DNA of 63,153 bases, counting the filler, from Chiloscyllium plagiosum (lineage: Eukaryota), in the NCBI RefSeq assembly GCF_004010195.1. It is 3 parts of one record of this genome, joined end to end, with 100 filler letters (N's around TTAATTAATTAA, not from the genome) between each part and the next. Parts side by side here need not be neighbours in the genome. Positions count along the whole stretch, not along the records: positions 1 to 27,223 come from NC_057711.1; 2 more parts are not named here. One strand, written 5' to 3'. The notes beneath the pieces are model-generated. The model ran no database searches. It had not been told where the DNA came from and saw only the letters and a list, made by a program, of their open reading frames with translations. The first letter of the stretch is position 1. Each line of letters starts with the position of its first letter. The position numbers were made by a program, and so were the translations under genes. Positions 1 through 12,890 of the stretch are shown piece after piece.

Positions 1-135
1 CTGTGCACAAGCTACTACACCATTCCCTCACTGTGGGATCATGCTGTGCACAAACTACTACAGCATTCCCTCCCCATGTGGGAACGTGCTGTGCACAAAA
101 AACGACAGCATTCCCTCACTGTGTGAGGGAATGCT
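1..135. repeat. ~44-bp minisatellite, 3 diverged units, truncated by the window start
   Basis: Units start with CTGTGCACAA at 1, 44 and 89 and share CATTCCCTC. The last unit ends in a perfect 13-bp hairpin (107-119 / 123-135). Confidence 0.8.
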
Positions 136-136
136 T

Positions 137-1249
137 TCTTATGCGGAAAGTCAGGATCTTATGCGGAAAGTCAGGAGGCATGGGATAGAGGGAAATTTGG
201 CCAATTGGATAGAAAACTGGCTAACCGGTCGAAGGGAGAGAGTGGTGGTAGATGGTAAATATTCAGCCTGGAGCCCAGTTACAAGTGGAGTTCCGCAGGG
301 ATCAGTTCTGGGTCCTCTGCTGTTTGTAATTTTTATTAATGTCTTAGATGAGGGAGTCGAAGGGTGGGTCAGTAAATTTGCAGATGGTACGAAGATAGGT
401 GGAGTTGTGGACAGTGAGGAGGGCTGTTGTTGGCTGCAGAGGGACTTAGATATGATGCAGAGTTGGGCTGAGGAGTGGCAGATGGAGTTCAACCCTGCCA
501 AGTGTGAGGTTGTCCATTTTTGAAGAACAAATAAGAATGCGGAATAGAGGGTTAATGGTAGGGTTCTTAGTCAGGTGGTGGAACAGAGGGATCTTGGGGT
601 CTATGTACATAGATCTTTGAAGGTTGCCACTCAGGTGGATAGAGTTTGTAAGAAGGCCTATGGAGTATTATCGTTCATTAGCAGAGGGATTGAATTCAAG
701 AGTCGTGAAGTGATGTTGCAGCTGTACAGGACTTTGGTTAGGCCACAGTTGGAGTACTGTGTGCAGTTCTGGTCGCCTCACTTTAGGAAAGATGTGGAAG
801 CTTTGGAGGGGGTGCAGAGAAGATTTACCAGGATGTTGCCTGGAATGGAGAGGAAGTCGTACGAGGCTAGGTTGAGAGTTCTCGGCCTTTTCTCGTTGGA
901 ACGGCGAAGGATGAGGGGTGACTTGATCGAGGTTTATAAGATGATCAGAGGAATAGATAGAGTAGACAGTCAGAAACGTTTTCCCCGGGTGCAACAGAGT
1001 TTTACAAGGGGACATAAATTTAAGGTGAAGGGTGGAAGGTATAGGGGAGATGTCAGGGGTGGGTTCTTTACCCAGAGAGTGGTGGGGGCATGGAATGCTC
1101 TGCCTGTGGGAGTGGTAGAGTCAGAATCTTTGGTGACCTTTAAGCGGCAATTGGATAGGTACATGGATGGGTGCTTAAGCTAGGACAAATGTTCGGCACA
1201 ACATCGTGGGCCGAAGGGCCTGTTCTGTGCTGTATTGTTCTATGTTCTA
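137..1249 (+). mobile_element. 5'-truncated CR1-clade LINE (RT C-terminal half and 3' end)
   Basis: ORFs 41..523 and 575..1183 give [30 protein letters not shown] and RGDLIEVYK. Ends in a (TGTTCTA)n tail. Confidence 0.95.
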
Positions 1250-2260
1250 ATTCTTTTATAAAGGTCTCTTTCTGTTTTCCTCAATACTGACATCAGGCTA
1301 ACTAGTCTACAGTTCTCTATTTTCTCTTTATATCCTTTTATCAATAGTGGGGTTACATTAGGCGCTTTCTAATCCATTGGAACTGTTTTAGAGTCTGTAG
1401 ATATTTGAAAAATGACTACCAATATATTCACTATTTCTAGTGTTAGTTCCTTAACTATTCTGAGATGTAAACTGTTGGCCTTTAATGTCAACATTTTCAC
1501 TCATACTATTTCCCTTCTAATGCTGATTTCTTCAGTTTCTCATTAGAACCTGCATTCCCCAACATTTTTATAACATTATTTGTGTCTGCGTTTGTGAAGA
1601 TAAAGCTGAAAATGTGTTGCTGGAAAAGTGCATCAGGCCAGGCAGCATCCAAGGAGCAGGAGAATCGACGTTTCGGGCATGAGCCCTTCTTCAGCCCTTC
1701 TTCGGGCTCATGCCCGAAACGTCGATTCTCCTGCTCCTTGGATGCTGCCTGGCCTGATGCACTTTTCAGCTCTGATCTCCAGCATCTGCAGTCTTGACTT
1801 TCTCCTCTGTGAAGATAGAACCAAAAAATGTATTTAATCAGTCTGCCATCTCTTTGTCCCCATTATAACTCTCCCTACTTCTGTCTGTAAGAGCCCTACA
1901 TTAGTTTTAACTCACCCTTTATCTCTTTACAACTGCGTAGAAGCTTTTACAATCAGTATGTATGTTCCCTGAAATCTTCTTCTGGTACTCTATTTTCCCT
2001 TCTTAGTCAATCCTCTGGTCTCCTTTACTGAAATCTAAGTTGTTCCCAATCCTGGGGTCTGCTGCTTTTTTTATCCAATGTGTACGTCCTTCCCTGGATC
2101 TAATTATCACGAACTTCACTTGTCAGCTATGGTTGAGCCACCTTTCCCATTTTATTTTTGTGCTAAACATGAATAAAAATTGTTACAGTTCATCCATTCA
2201 CTCTTTGCCTTTCCTAATCACTGTCCTCACCTTAAGTAACATATCCCATTTAACATATCC
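1250..2260 (-). mobile_element. Old, degraded CR1-clade LINE fragment (interrupted by fold-back element)
   Basis: Reverse complement near 1285-1320 matches the NYRPVSL coding segment of the other CR1 copies; no intact ORF. Confidence 0.65.
1603..1807. mobile_element. Penelope-terminus-derived fold-back element, family A
   Basis: Inverted arms around ~1695. TSD TGTGAAGATA at 1593-1602 and 1808-1817. Minus strand reads CTGAAGA-A-GGGC-TCAT-GCCC-GAAA-CGTC. Confidence 0.85.
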
Positions 2261-2393
2261 ATTCTGGATGGTGAAAGGAGAGTGGCATAAGCCTCAAGCT
2301 TTTGATATTTTCCTGGGTCCAACCAGTTCTGATGAAAGGGCATGACTAAAAAACCTTGAGCCCAAGTGTTCCAACTGGCATCAGAACTATGAT

Positions 2394-2568
2394 GGGTCAA
2401 AAACTGTGGCACTGGAAAAGCACTGCACGTTAGGAATTTTTTGATGAAGGGTTTATGCCCGAAATATCGATTCACCTGCACCTTGGATGCTGCCTGACCT
2501 GCTGTACATTTCCAGTGCCACACTTTTCGCCACTGATCTCCAGCATCTGCAGTCATCACTTTCTCCTC
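2394..2568. mobile_element. Degraded fold-back element, family A
   Basis: Same terminal sequence as the other copies. TSD CATCAGAA(C/T)TATGAT at 2379-2393 and 2569-2583. Confidence 0.75.
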
Positions 2569-3145
2569 CATCAGAATTATGATATCCAACACTATGAATC
2601 CGAAAACCTAGTTTCCTTGGTTATGTTTAAAAGGGTCTTATTCTGATGCAGCATCCTGAAGAGCTGCCTTAGCTCAGAAAACCAAGCCGAGACCTGCAAA
2701 GAGGATCAGTGTGTAAGACACAAGCCTTCTAACAGCAGCTACAATATGGTAAGCTTAAATGCTCAGTGTAGGGGTGAGTGAGTGATGTGGGAATGTGGGT
2801 AGATACGTGAAAAAGTAGGATGAATGGGTATTTGAGTGAGTGTCACAAGACTCCTGAAAGTGAGAAGGTGGCATGGAGTTCATGATAGGTTGAGAAATGT
2901 CAGATGCCAACATCTATGAATAAGGAATATTTGCCCCTGAATCATGCCCTGAGATGCTACTAGGTGCTGAACAACATGGAGGCCATTAGTTTGCTACACT
3001 CTGACTTCAAAATTGAGATTTCTCAACAGCTAACTTGTTTGACACATTTGGTAATATAGATATTAATAGCTGGATATTAATGAAGCAAGTTTTGATGTTA
3101 CTAAGACGTTTAACAAGCAATAATCATCCGTAATTGTCAACTCAC

Positions 3146-3207
3146 CAATGCCTAGTGAGAAACTGAGCTCTTTACTCAGCAGATGCACAAAAGATGCAGT
3201 GGTGCTC
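3146..3207 (-). CDS. Tentative cytoplasmic-tail exon of the minus-strand membrane protein gene
   Basis: AG acceptor and GTGAGT donor. Its phase-2 start matches the TM exon and it reads open (STTASFVHLLSKELSFSLGI). The acceptor is weak and there is no other support. Confidence 0.25.
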
Positions 3208-3375
3208 CTGACTTTGAAATAGGTCTCAATGGACCTTTCTTGCTATTCTTCTATAAATCACACCATAGCACATTTTGATCAGACCCCTATAAGATTCCAC
3301 TCATCTGTTTGCATTGTACCAGTCTTTGGGGATGGTCAGGAGGCAGGCGACATAGTTACTTACTTGGCTTTAAGA

Positions 3376-3965
3376 ATTATAGAACCCCAACAGTGTGGGA
3401 GCAGGCCATTTGGCTCATTGCATCCACACCGACTCTCAGAAGAGCATCCCAGCCAGACCCAGTTTAATCCCATAATACTGCATTTCCCATAGTTAATCCA
3501 TCGAGCCTCCACACTATGGGGCAATTTGGCATGACCAAGCCAACTAACCTGCACATCTTTGGACGGTGGGAGGAAACCAGAACACACAGAGGAAACCAGA
3601 ACACACAGAGGAAACCTGTGCAGACACTGGGAGAAAATAGGTGAAATAGAACCACAGATGCTGGAGATCAGAGTCTAGATTAGAGTAGTGCTGGAAAAGC
3701 ACAGCGGTCAGACAGCGTCCAAGAAGTAGGAAAATTGATGTTTCGGGCAAAAGCTCTTCATCAGAAATTCCTAATGAGGGCTTTTGCCTGAAATGTCGAT
3801 TTTTCTGCTCCTCGGATGCTGCCTGACCTGCTGCACTTTTCCACCACCACTCTAATCTAGACTGGGAAAAAATGCAAACTCCACACAGTCACTCAAGATG
3901 GAATCAAACCTGGGTGCATGCTGGTGTGAGACAGCAATGCTAACCACTGAGCCACTATGCTGCCC
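3376..3965 (-). mobile_element. HE1-type tRNA-derived SINE with a nested fold-back element
   Basis: Reverse complement of the SINE at 40995-41305; tRNA-like head at ~3900-3965. Confidence 0.85.
3639..3860. mobile_element. Fold-back element, family A, nested in the SINE
   Basis: Inverted arms centred ~3767 (CATCAGAAATTCCTAATG). TSD ACTGGGA(G/A)AAAAT at 3626-3638 and 3861-3873. Confidence 0.85.
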
Positions 3966-4778
3966 TTAGTATCCATTAGTGCACTCTGATCCTACTCAGT
4001 CAGTCCAAACAGTGGCCACCATTAGTGGTGGCTATGTTGAACTACTAGCTCTGTAATTGGACTGGCATCCTTAATAGAGATGGTCTGCCTCATACCAACA
4101 AGATGAAGCTCTTGGTCTTGCCACCTGGCAAAATGGGGTTGCCTAGTGCCTACATAAAACTCAGCCCTGAAAAATGCTGCTATACATTAACATTCCCTGT
4201 TATCCTCACTCTTCATCCTTACTCCACTTACTCAACTGCTTAATTGCTTGCCTGCATAAAACCCATCTCTGCATTCATTTTTAAACATGTTATCTGATGT
4301 TTGCCTAATTTGCCCTTTTTCCAAACATCCTAATTTTCACAATTTCTTTCTATTGAGAACCAAGTCAATTGGTAACAAAATCTAATATGACAAAACTTTT
4401 CATAGAAGTGTATTTAATCAAAGATGAGGTGGACTATATGTTCATTTATCTTTTCAACAGAAGCACGATACATCCCAAAAAAGAACTTGCCATGTGACTA
4501 TTATACTATTATACACAGAGAGTTGGGAAGTATATTCTTATAATTATGTATACATGTATATCCAGAATGCAATCTCACTGAACTCTGTACTACTTTGAAA
4601 ATACTAAAATCAACAATGCAACATTTCACAGGACATTGGACATCATCTTACATATTTGTGTAATACTGAGTGGTTATTTCCAACTTATGGGAGTCATGCA
4701 ACACAACAGGCACCTTTGAAATGACTTGTTCAATGAACTGATCATGAGAGACCAGCAGTGAATGAACTAAGGCCTTAC

Positions 4779-4917
4779 CTGCGTCTCTTTTTGCACTTGG
4801 TGCAGTAAATGGCAAGAGCCAGACCCTCTACAACCAAAAATATTGGGATAACAGCTGAAATCAAACCAAATTTCCATGCCTTTACACCGAAAATAGAGAC
4901 ATCTGGTGGATTAGTAC
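4779..4917 (-). CDS. Transmembrane exon of an unidentified type I membrane glycoprotein
   Basis: Strong acceptor TTATTTGTCTCTTCAG and donor AG|GTAAGG; 139 bp, phase 1 to 2. Encodes TNPPDVSIFGVKAWKFGLISAVIPIFLVVEGLALAIYCTKCKKRR, a hydrophobic helix followed by a basic cluster. Confidence 0.85.
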
Positions 4918-5585
4918 CTGAAGAGACAAATAATAAGGTAATTGAAGTTTTGAGTTGATGTTTGTGTGTTTTTATTGACATGAAATTCAAATTGCTGTCT
5001 TCAAATTATTTGGTTTCCTACCAATCTTGAATGGAGTTTGGAGAGGGAACAATTTGTTGAATAGATCTCTAAGATATCAATGTTTCACCATTTCTGATTA
5101 CTTGTGCATCCCTAATTTTCATTACCCCATTAATGGAAACCAGGCCTACAGTTATTTAGGGCATAAAGACTGTAGTTTTCTCTCTGAACCTCTCTGTGTC
5201 TCTATTTTCTCACTCTGGGGTTGTTTCCTAAAACCTGTTGCATTAATTAATCTTTTGATCACCAATATTAAGTTTATTTTGTGTGATGTGCTTCCAGCAT
5301 TGGGAGGATGATGCCCCCAAAAAGTGCCTTAGAGTGTTTTTACCAGAACTGAGATATGAATTGTCATTCTTAAGTTAGCTTTGTATTAGATATTTCAAAG
5401 TTAAATTTATGGTCTCCCTATGTAGAAGTGACTCAATGCTTCTCTTTATAAGAAGTAAGAATTAACTTGGAAAAAATGCACATGCACATCTTTCATGTTA
5501 TCTGGGCATCCAAGGCATCTCATAACTAATTAATACTTTTCCCCTTCCATTTTCTGAACAGACCTTGGGATCTTTTTACATTAAA

Positions 5586-5710
5586 AAGGAGAAAGTGAGG
5601 ACTGCAGATGCTGGAGGTCAGAGTTGAAGAGTGTGGTGCTGGAAAAGCACAGCTGGTCAGGCAGTATCCGAGGAGCAGGAGAATCGACATTTTGGGCATA
5701 AGCCCTTCAT
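5586..5710 (-). mobile_element. Single-arm family A Penelope terminus
   Basis: Matches one arm of the fold-back elements and stops inside the hammerhead-like motif. Confidence 0.75.
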
Positions 5711-6694
5711 TTCATTCATCAAAGATGGCAGATAGGGCCTTAAAATGTCAATCAGAGGATGCAGCTCTGACAGCAGTGCTCCATTACTTTGTTTCAATTA
5801 GTGGATAATTCCTTATAGTGTGCTGTGTAATCTGTACAATGCATTGAAAGTGACTAGTTTCAAAGGACCATAGGCTGCTCAGTCCTTTAAAGAGATGACT
5901 GGTGTGGGTTAATCTGAGGATCAGGAATTATGCATAATATTAGAAATGTTGTAAGTCAAATTATTTTCTGGCTTTTAATCCTCAAAAGGAAAAGTCATCT
6001 CATGCATTAAATGATCATTTGGCCTTATGTTAAGTTATTAGTGCACCATAATGAAACAAGCTCTTGGTTTAATGCCAGAATTTCACATTTATTTAGGTCA
6101 AGCTAATTCAAAGTGAATGTGTTCCCTGCAGGGGTTGTGGAACATCTGACTTGATTACACAGCTGTCTTTGTGGTACATCAGGTTTTTCCTTCCTGGGGT
6201 TGAGTTAATCAGAATTCTGTACTTGTATGGCATGATTCATTCTTGGTCATGCTATTTGAACAGTTATCTGAAAGATAGGGGACTTCAAGAGCTTATTTAA
6301 ATTTAAATTTAAAATAGGAGTTTTATTATTTCTAATTGTAATTCTATTAAATATTGTGGGAGAGTTCATTCAAAATGTAATTTCGTTTTCACTGAAAGGA
6401 GAATATAACCCTTGAATTCTGCAACAAATAGCTTGTTACATTCAGAAATAGTAAATATTAACATAAATAATTTACAATCACATTGACCTGGCAGGAATCC
6501 TATGATGCCTGTATACTACCAGCAAAATACAAAAAAAGCCCCATAAAATTGCTGTCATATGGTCAGTTAATTACCTCATAGAGATTACAGCAAAGAAAGC
6601 CATTTCCCATTGAATTAATGCAGCTCCCTATAAAGCAATTAATTCAGACCCATTCCCAATCCCTAGTCTCAGTTGAGTTATGATACACCCCGGA

Positions 6695-8430
6695 GTAGAA
6701 CAAAGAACAATACAGCACAGGATCGGGCCCTCCAATCCTGTGCTGACTCATTTTGCTCTTCCGTACTAAACCTGTCTTCACTTACATGATCTGTATCCCT
6801 CTGTTTCCCTTCCTATTCATGCATTTCTATGTGCTTCTTGAATGTTGCTGTTGTGTCTGCTTCCACCACTGCATCTGGCAGTGCTTATCAGACGCTCACC
6901 CACTTTGTGTGAAAAACTTGCCTTGCACACCTCTTTTAAACTTGCCCCCACCCCATACCTTGAATCTGTGTACACTATTAATTGATCCCTCTATCCTGGG
7001 CAAAAGCTTCATACATTCCACTTTAAACATGTCATTCACTATCTTATAAATTTCTATCAGGTCACCTCTCAAACTCCTGCATTCCAGTGAAAACAAACTC
7101 AGTCTATCCAACTTTTCTTCATAACTAAAATCTTCTGTACCAGGCCATATCCTGGTAAACCTTTTTTTTGTACCCTTTCCAAAGAATTCACATCTTTCTG
7201 GTGGCGGGGTGACCAGAACTGTGAGCAATATTCCAAGTTTGGTCTAACTAAAGTTTTATAAAGCTGCAACATAATTTGTCTATTCTTATACTCAATGCCC
7301 CTTCTAAAGGGAAGCATGCCATACGTCTTTTTTACTTTCTTACCTACTTGCGCTGCGACATTCAGTGAGCTATGGACCTGCACACCCGGCTCCCTCTGCA
7401 TATCAATACTCTTAAGGAATCTTCCATTCACTGTAAAATTTCCACCTATACCTGACATTCCAAAATACATTAGTTCACATTTGTCCAGATTAAACTTCAT
7501 CTGCCATTTTTCTACCCATGCTTCCAACTGATCTATATCCTGCTGTATCCTCTGACATAGGGAACATCTCTGGGACACCCGCACCAATCAACCACACCGC
7601 CCTGTGGCCCAACATTTCAAGTTCTCCTCCCACTCAGCCGAGGACATGGAGGTCCTGGGCCTCCTTCACCACCGCTCCCTCACCACCTGACGCCTGGAGG
7701 AAGAACACCTCATCTTCCACCTCGGAACACTTCAACCCGAGGGCATCAATGCTATTGTACTCTATACTACTTTCTTCCCACCCCCCCCCTCCTCTCATTT
7801 ATCTCTCCACCCTGCAGGTACTCTGCCTCTATTCCTGATGAAGGGTTTTTCCTGAAACATCAATTTTCTTGCTTCTCGGATATGGCCTGAACTGCTGTGC
7901 TTTTCCAGCACCACTCTAATCCAGAATCTGGTTTCCAGCATCTGCAGTCATTGTTTTCATCCTGTATCCTCTGACCGTCTTCCTCACTATTTCCAACTCC
8001 ACCAATCTTTGTATCACCTGCAAACTAACTAATTAAGTCAGCCACTTTTTTCACTTAAATCATTTCTGTAAACCATGAACAGCCGAGATCCTAGCATTGA
8101 TCCCTGTGAGACACCACTAGTCAGAAATCTCCATTCCAAGCATCTTTCCACTGCAACCAACTGCCTCCTATGATTAAGCCAGTTCTGTATCTCTTTTGCC
8201 AGTTCAATCCTGATACTTTGTGACTTCACCTTTTGGATCAGTCTGTTATAAGGGAACTTGTCAAAGGCTTGACTGAAATCCATGTAGACACATCAACCGC
8301 TTTTCCCTCATCAATCAGCTTTGTCACCCCCTCAAACACCTTGATCAAGTTAGTCACCCCCTCCACACAGAAAATCATGTTGTCTATTGCTAATAAGTCC
8401 ATTCGCTTCTAAATACTGAGAATCTTTTCC
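6695..8430 (-). mobile_element. Degraded CR1-clade LINE interrupted by a Penelope fragment
   Basis: ORFs 8038..8283 (MDFSQAFDK, GVSQGSMLG), 7099..7587 and 6896..7228. Confidence 0.9.
7557..7961 (+). mobile_element. Penelope-like element 3' fragment (GIY-YIG C-terminus and family A terminus)
   Basis: EHLWDTRTNQPHRPVAQHF, as in the copy at 51675-52150, followed by CTGATGAAGGG... terminus. 14-bp TSD CTGTATCCTCTGAC at 7543-7556 and 7962-7975. Confidence 0.85.
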
Positions 8431-8559
8431 AATGGTGGGACTTGAACTCAGGCCTCCTGGTCAAAAGGTAAGGATACAAGTGCTATGTGACAAAAACCCT
8501 TCCTCAATCTCAGCAGAATTGTAAGTCTAAGTCTCTCAGATGCACAAGCAATTTCCATT

Positions 8560-8800
8560 TGAAATTATTGATTGACCTGCACCATCCTTCTTACTCCTCT
8601 AAACCCTAGTGGAATCCAAGCTTAGCTGGTCCAACCTTGCCTCTGAAGACAATCTGCCTTTACCAGATATTAGTCTAGTAAATGTTCTCTGAAGTGCTCC
8701 TAATACACTTACATCCTTCTTTAAATATGGAGACCAATACCATGCACAGTACTCCAGATATGATCTCACCAGTGCCCTGTATAACTGAAGCATAACATTC
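8560..8800 (-). mobile_element. Old CR1 fragment
   Basis: ORF 8599..8793 MLQLYRALVRSYLEYCAWYWSP. Confidence 0.8.
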
Positions 8801-9279
8801 TCTCAATTTCCTTTGCTCCAAAGGGAACAATCATTTTCTCTATGTCTTTTCAAGTACACTCACATTCTTCCTAAAATGTGATAAAACCAGAAAAAAAAGA
8901 TATAGTTGTGGATTAACCAGAACTTTATCCATTTAATTCTGCATTCCATGTTAGGGGAACAGAGATTAAGACTATTCTAGGGGGATTTACATAGTGAGCG
9001 ATGAATAGTTTTACTGAGGATGAGGACAGCGAAGATCGAGATGAGGCTATGAGTAAGTCGATCAGCAAATACAGATGCATCATGTATGCTTTTGAATGAG
9101 CAGGTGCCGATGAATTAAAATCATTTTCAAGTGTGGAAATAATGATTGTAACAGAAAATGCCACAGCTATTTCTTGTTACTTCTCTCAGAAATGCACATC
9201 AGTAATGTAGGAAAGAATTTTGTATTATTTTTCATTTTAATTCATTATTTCATCTTTTCTTAAACAACATCTCCAAGAT

Positions 9280-9490
9280 TAAATGCTGGAGAAACTCAAC
9301 TGGTTTCGCAGCATCTGTGGAGAGCCGAACAAAGTTAAAATTTAACATTTTGAGTTTGGTACAACTCAGTTCTGAAGAAGAATCATATTGGACTCAAAAT
9401 ATTGACTGTGTTTCTTTCTCCACAGATGCTGCCAGAACTGCTGACATTTTCTAGCTTTCTCTGTGTTGGTTTCAGATTTCCAGTATTGCA
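9280..9490. mobile_element. Degraded fold-back element, family C
   Basis: AAATGCTGGAGAAACTCA...CAGCATCTGTGGAGA inverted against TCTCCACAGATGCTGCCAG; central CTGAAGAAGAATC...GACTC. Confidence 0.7.
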
Positions 9491-9665
9491 ACAGGTTGTT
9501 TACATTCAGCAAATTAATTTTAGTGGAGAATAAGTGTATAACTGTCAGTGAAGTTTAAAATTTCAAATAAACTGTGTTTAGTAGCTTCCCTTCTACACTA
9601 GCATCTATATTATACAGATTATCTGAATACTTTACATCTGTTAGTCATAGGTAATAACTACGTAC

Positions 9666-9929
9666 ATGTGTTATCCAACCTGGTACCATAAAAAGCAGAT
9701 GTTGGTGTTGGCAATATTCCATCTGTATCTTCCACAAATTTGGCAAGTGTTGGAGCAGTGGTCACCAGTTGGTAAGCCAAGAGTTCAGCTGATGCAAGAA
9801 TTTCACTCGGATTGCTCACCTCCTTGTTAACTTCGTCCATTACTGTGCCAATGCCTTTAGATAAATTCAGAGTTCCAGAAACGTTTGACTGTGATAGCAG
9901 GTACGTGTGAAGTGGACCCTGGGTAATAG
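9666..9929 (-). CDS. Ectodomain exon 3 of the membrane glycoprotein gene
   Basis: Acceptor TTTCCCTCTGTTCTGTCAG and donor T|GTACGT; 264 bp, symmetric phase 1-1, open. S/T-rich with sequons NVS and NLS. Confidence 0.75.
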
Positions 9930-10054
9930 CTGACAGAACAGAGGGAAACTTAGCTGACAATTGAAGCTACCTTCTGAAAATTTCAAGAGCTTTCTAAAAG
10001 CATTCACACATCATGTATATGAAGTGCAAGAAACTCTTGCAGAAATGATGCTTC

Positions 10055-10980
10055 ACAGAATCACAGGCAGAAAGAGGCTATCCAGCCCATCATGTCTCCA
10101 CTGGCTCTCTGAGTAAGCATCTTACTTAGTAGCATCTCATTGAAACCCTGCATATTCTTCCCTTTTCAAATAACCATCTAATATCCTGCCTGAAATCTTC
10201 AATTGAATCTGCCTCCACCGCTCACAGGAGATGCATTCCAGACCTTAATTATTCATTTTGTGTAAATGCTTTCTTTTCATGTTTCTTTTGCTTTATTTGC
10301 CAATTACTTCAGATCAGTGTCATGTGATCCTTGATCCTTTCCTGAGCAGGAACCATTTTTCCTTCTCTGCTCTGTCCAGACCCCTCTTGATTTTGAATGC
10401 CTCTCTCAAATCTCCTCCCAACCTTCACTTTTCCAAGAAAACGTACTTCCTGCTTCTCCAATCTATCTTCATAACTGAAGTGTCATCCTTGTAAACATTT
10501 TCTGCACTCTCTCTGACATTTTCACTTCTTTCCTAAAGTGTGGTGCCCAAAGCTCCAGGTGAGGGTATTATATTCCAGCTGAGGCCAAACTAACATTATA
10601 TTAAAATTTAGCTTAATCTTCTTGTTTTTCTAATCTATTCTCCTGTTGATAAAGCCCAAGATACTATATTATTTATTTATTCACTGCTTTCTCCACTATC
10701 CCGCCACCTTTAATGACTTATACACAGATACACCCACGTGCACTTGCACCCACTTTAGAATACCCTTTATTTGGTTCTGCCAGTATTAATTTAATGAAAA
10801 CATATTATCTCAAACTTCCCAGTGCTGAAGTTAATCTGTCAGCTATCTGCCCTCCACCAACCTGTCAATATCATTTTGAAGTTCCACACTACCCTTGCAC
10901 ATTTCATAATGCTTCTATGTTTTGCCATCATGCAGAAATTTTGAAATTGTCTTTTGAACCTCAGTGTCTACATTATTAAC
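10055..10980 (-). mobile_element. Old CR1-clade LINE 3' portion
   Basis: Degraded reverse-complement match to the CR1 3' ends elsewhere in the window. Confidence 0.65.
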
Positions 10981-11229
10981 ATATATCCAGAAAGGGTCCC
11001 AAGACTGACCATTGAGGAGGATCAATTGGAAAAAAATCTTGAAATGCTTTTCTTTCAGAATACAAGACAAAGGAACAGGATTATCTGCATTTTAATTTAG
11101 AATTGTAAACATTGGAGCTCAGAGTTACAGTTTTAGAGTTTTACCATTGATGTTATTAACAAATTTCTAAAGGTATGCTCACAGTGTGCCTGAGATCATG
11201 CTAAATTATTGCCATTGGATGCTAACAGT

Positions 11230-12890
11230 AGGAATTTAATACAGAGAGGTAATGAAGTACTACATTTTGCAAGAAGACATGGGGAGAGGCTATACAGATC
11301 TAATACCATAGTTCAAAAGACTGCAGGGCCAAAGAAGCCTGGAGATCATGTGACTTGGAACTTTGAAGGTAGTAGACATTTATTAAACTGTTTAGGAAAA
11401 AGATACAGTATTGAGTACAAAAGGAAGGAAATAATATTGAGCCTTTACAAACCTCTGGTACAGAATCATGAGAGTATTACATCCAGTCTTGTTCTCCACA
11501 CTGTTGGATGATTATAGAATCTATAGATTTGCATTTTTTAAAATATGTATTCTTTTACAGGATATAGGTATCGCCAACTGGACCAGTATCTCATAGAGTC
11601 ATACAGTACAGAAACAAGCCTTTTAGCTCACCATGTCTATGCTAACTAGCAAAATCCAAACTACACTAATCCCATTTACCTGCAATTAATCCATAGTCAA
11701 CTGTGCCCTGGCATTTTAACTGCTCATCTGGATGCTTCTCAAATTTTGCGAGCATACGACCTGCCTCCACCAACCTCTCAGACAATGTTAAAAGTGGTGG
11801 ATGGGGACCAATCAAGCAGGCTGTTTTGTCCTGGATGGTTTCAAGCTTGTTGTGTATTGTTGGAGTTGCATCCTTCTAAGTAAATGGAGAATATTCCATC
11901 ACACTCGTCACTTGTGCTTTGAAGATGGTGGACAAGCTTTAGGCAGACAGGAGGCAAGCTACTCATCAAAGGATTCCAAACCTCTACCTGCTCATGCAGG
12001 CACAGTATTTAAATGGCTAGTCAACGGTAGCCCCCCTCAGAAATGAATAGTGGGGGATTCATCATAATGTCATTGAATGTCAAGATGTAATTATTAGATT
12101 TCACTTGTTGGAGATAGTCAGAGTCTGGCACTTCTGTGTTATGGAAGACACTTGCCACTTGTCGGTCCAAATCTTGATATTGTCCAAGTCTTGCTGCAAT
12201 TAGTCATGGAATGCTTCAGTCACTGAGGAGTTACAAATGGTGCTGAATATTGTAAAATTATGAGCAAAACATCCCCACTGTGGATCATATGACAGAGGAA
12301 GGGCATTGAAGAAACAGCTGAAGATGGTTGGGACGCAGACTCTACCCTAAAGTACTCCTGAAATGATGTCCTGGAGTTGAGATGATTGCCATCCAAAAAT
12401 TACCACCATCTTCCATTGTGCCCAATAGCCTCCAAACAGTAGACAGATTTCCTGCTAATTCCCATTGACTCAATTTTTGCTAGGGCTCCTTGATGCCATA
12501 TTCAGCCAAACACTGCCTTCACGTCAAGTGCAGACATTGTTAACTCACCTGTGGAGTTCAGCTCTTTTTTCCATGTTTGAAACAAGGCTGTAATGGAATC
12601 AGGATTGGACTGGATTTAATGGAACCCACAATTGGATATCAGTGAGCAGTTTATTGTTGATCAAGTACCACTTGTTACCACTGTTGATTACTATTGATCA
12701 CTTTACTGTTGACCTCAAGTACACTGATGGGATAGTAGATGGCCAACTCAGACCTTGTCCTTCTTTCTTGTGAGCTCAACATATCTGGGCAATTGTCATG
12801 TAGATGCTAGTGTTGTGGCTGGACTGGAACAGCTTGGCTAGTTCTGAAGCATGAGCCTTAACTTTTTGCCGGCAAGTTGCCTTTGCTTTA
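11230..12890. mobile_element. Cluster of degraded LINE fragments (CR1 + at 11230-11510; CR1 3' end - at ~11590-11790; second CR1-clade family - at ~11790-12890)
   Basis: ORF 11209..11511 has EVLHF and IEYKRKEIILSLYK. 11790-12890 parallels the 31290-32330 element. Confidence 0.65.

Noticed and set aside
1..135. Repeats with a hairpin, superficially CRISPR-like
   Set aside because: Units are contiguous and similar along their whole length with no unique spacers; vertebrate context and no cas genes.
2652..2748. Plus-strand exon-like stretch (CAG...ATG|GTAAGC), and an acceptor-like site at ~4460
   Set aside because: Short, no recognisable peptide and no coherent multi-exon model; such sites arise by chance.
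8925..9164. 79-aa minus-strand ORF as an extra exon of the membrane protein gene
   Set aside because: The only in-phase AG has a purine-rich upstream tract and no phase-1 donor was found.
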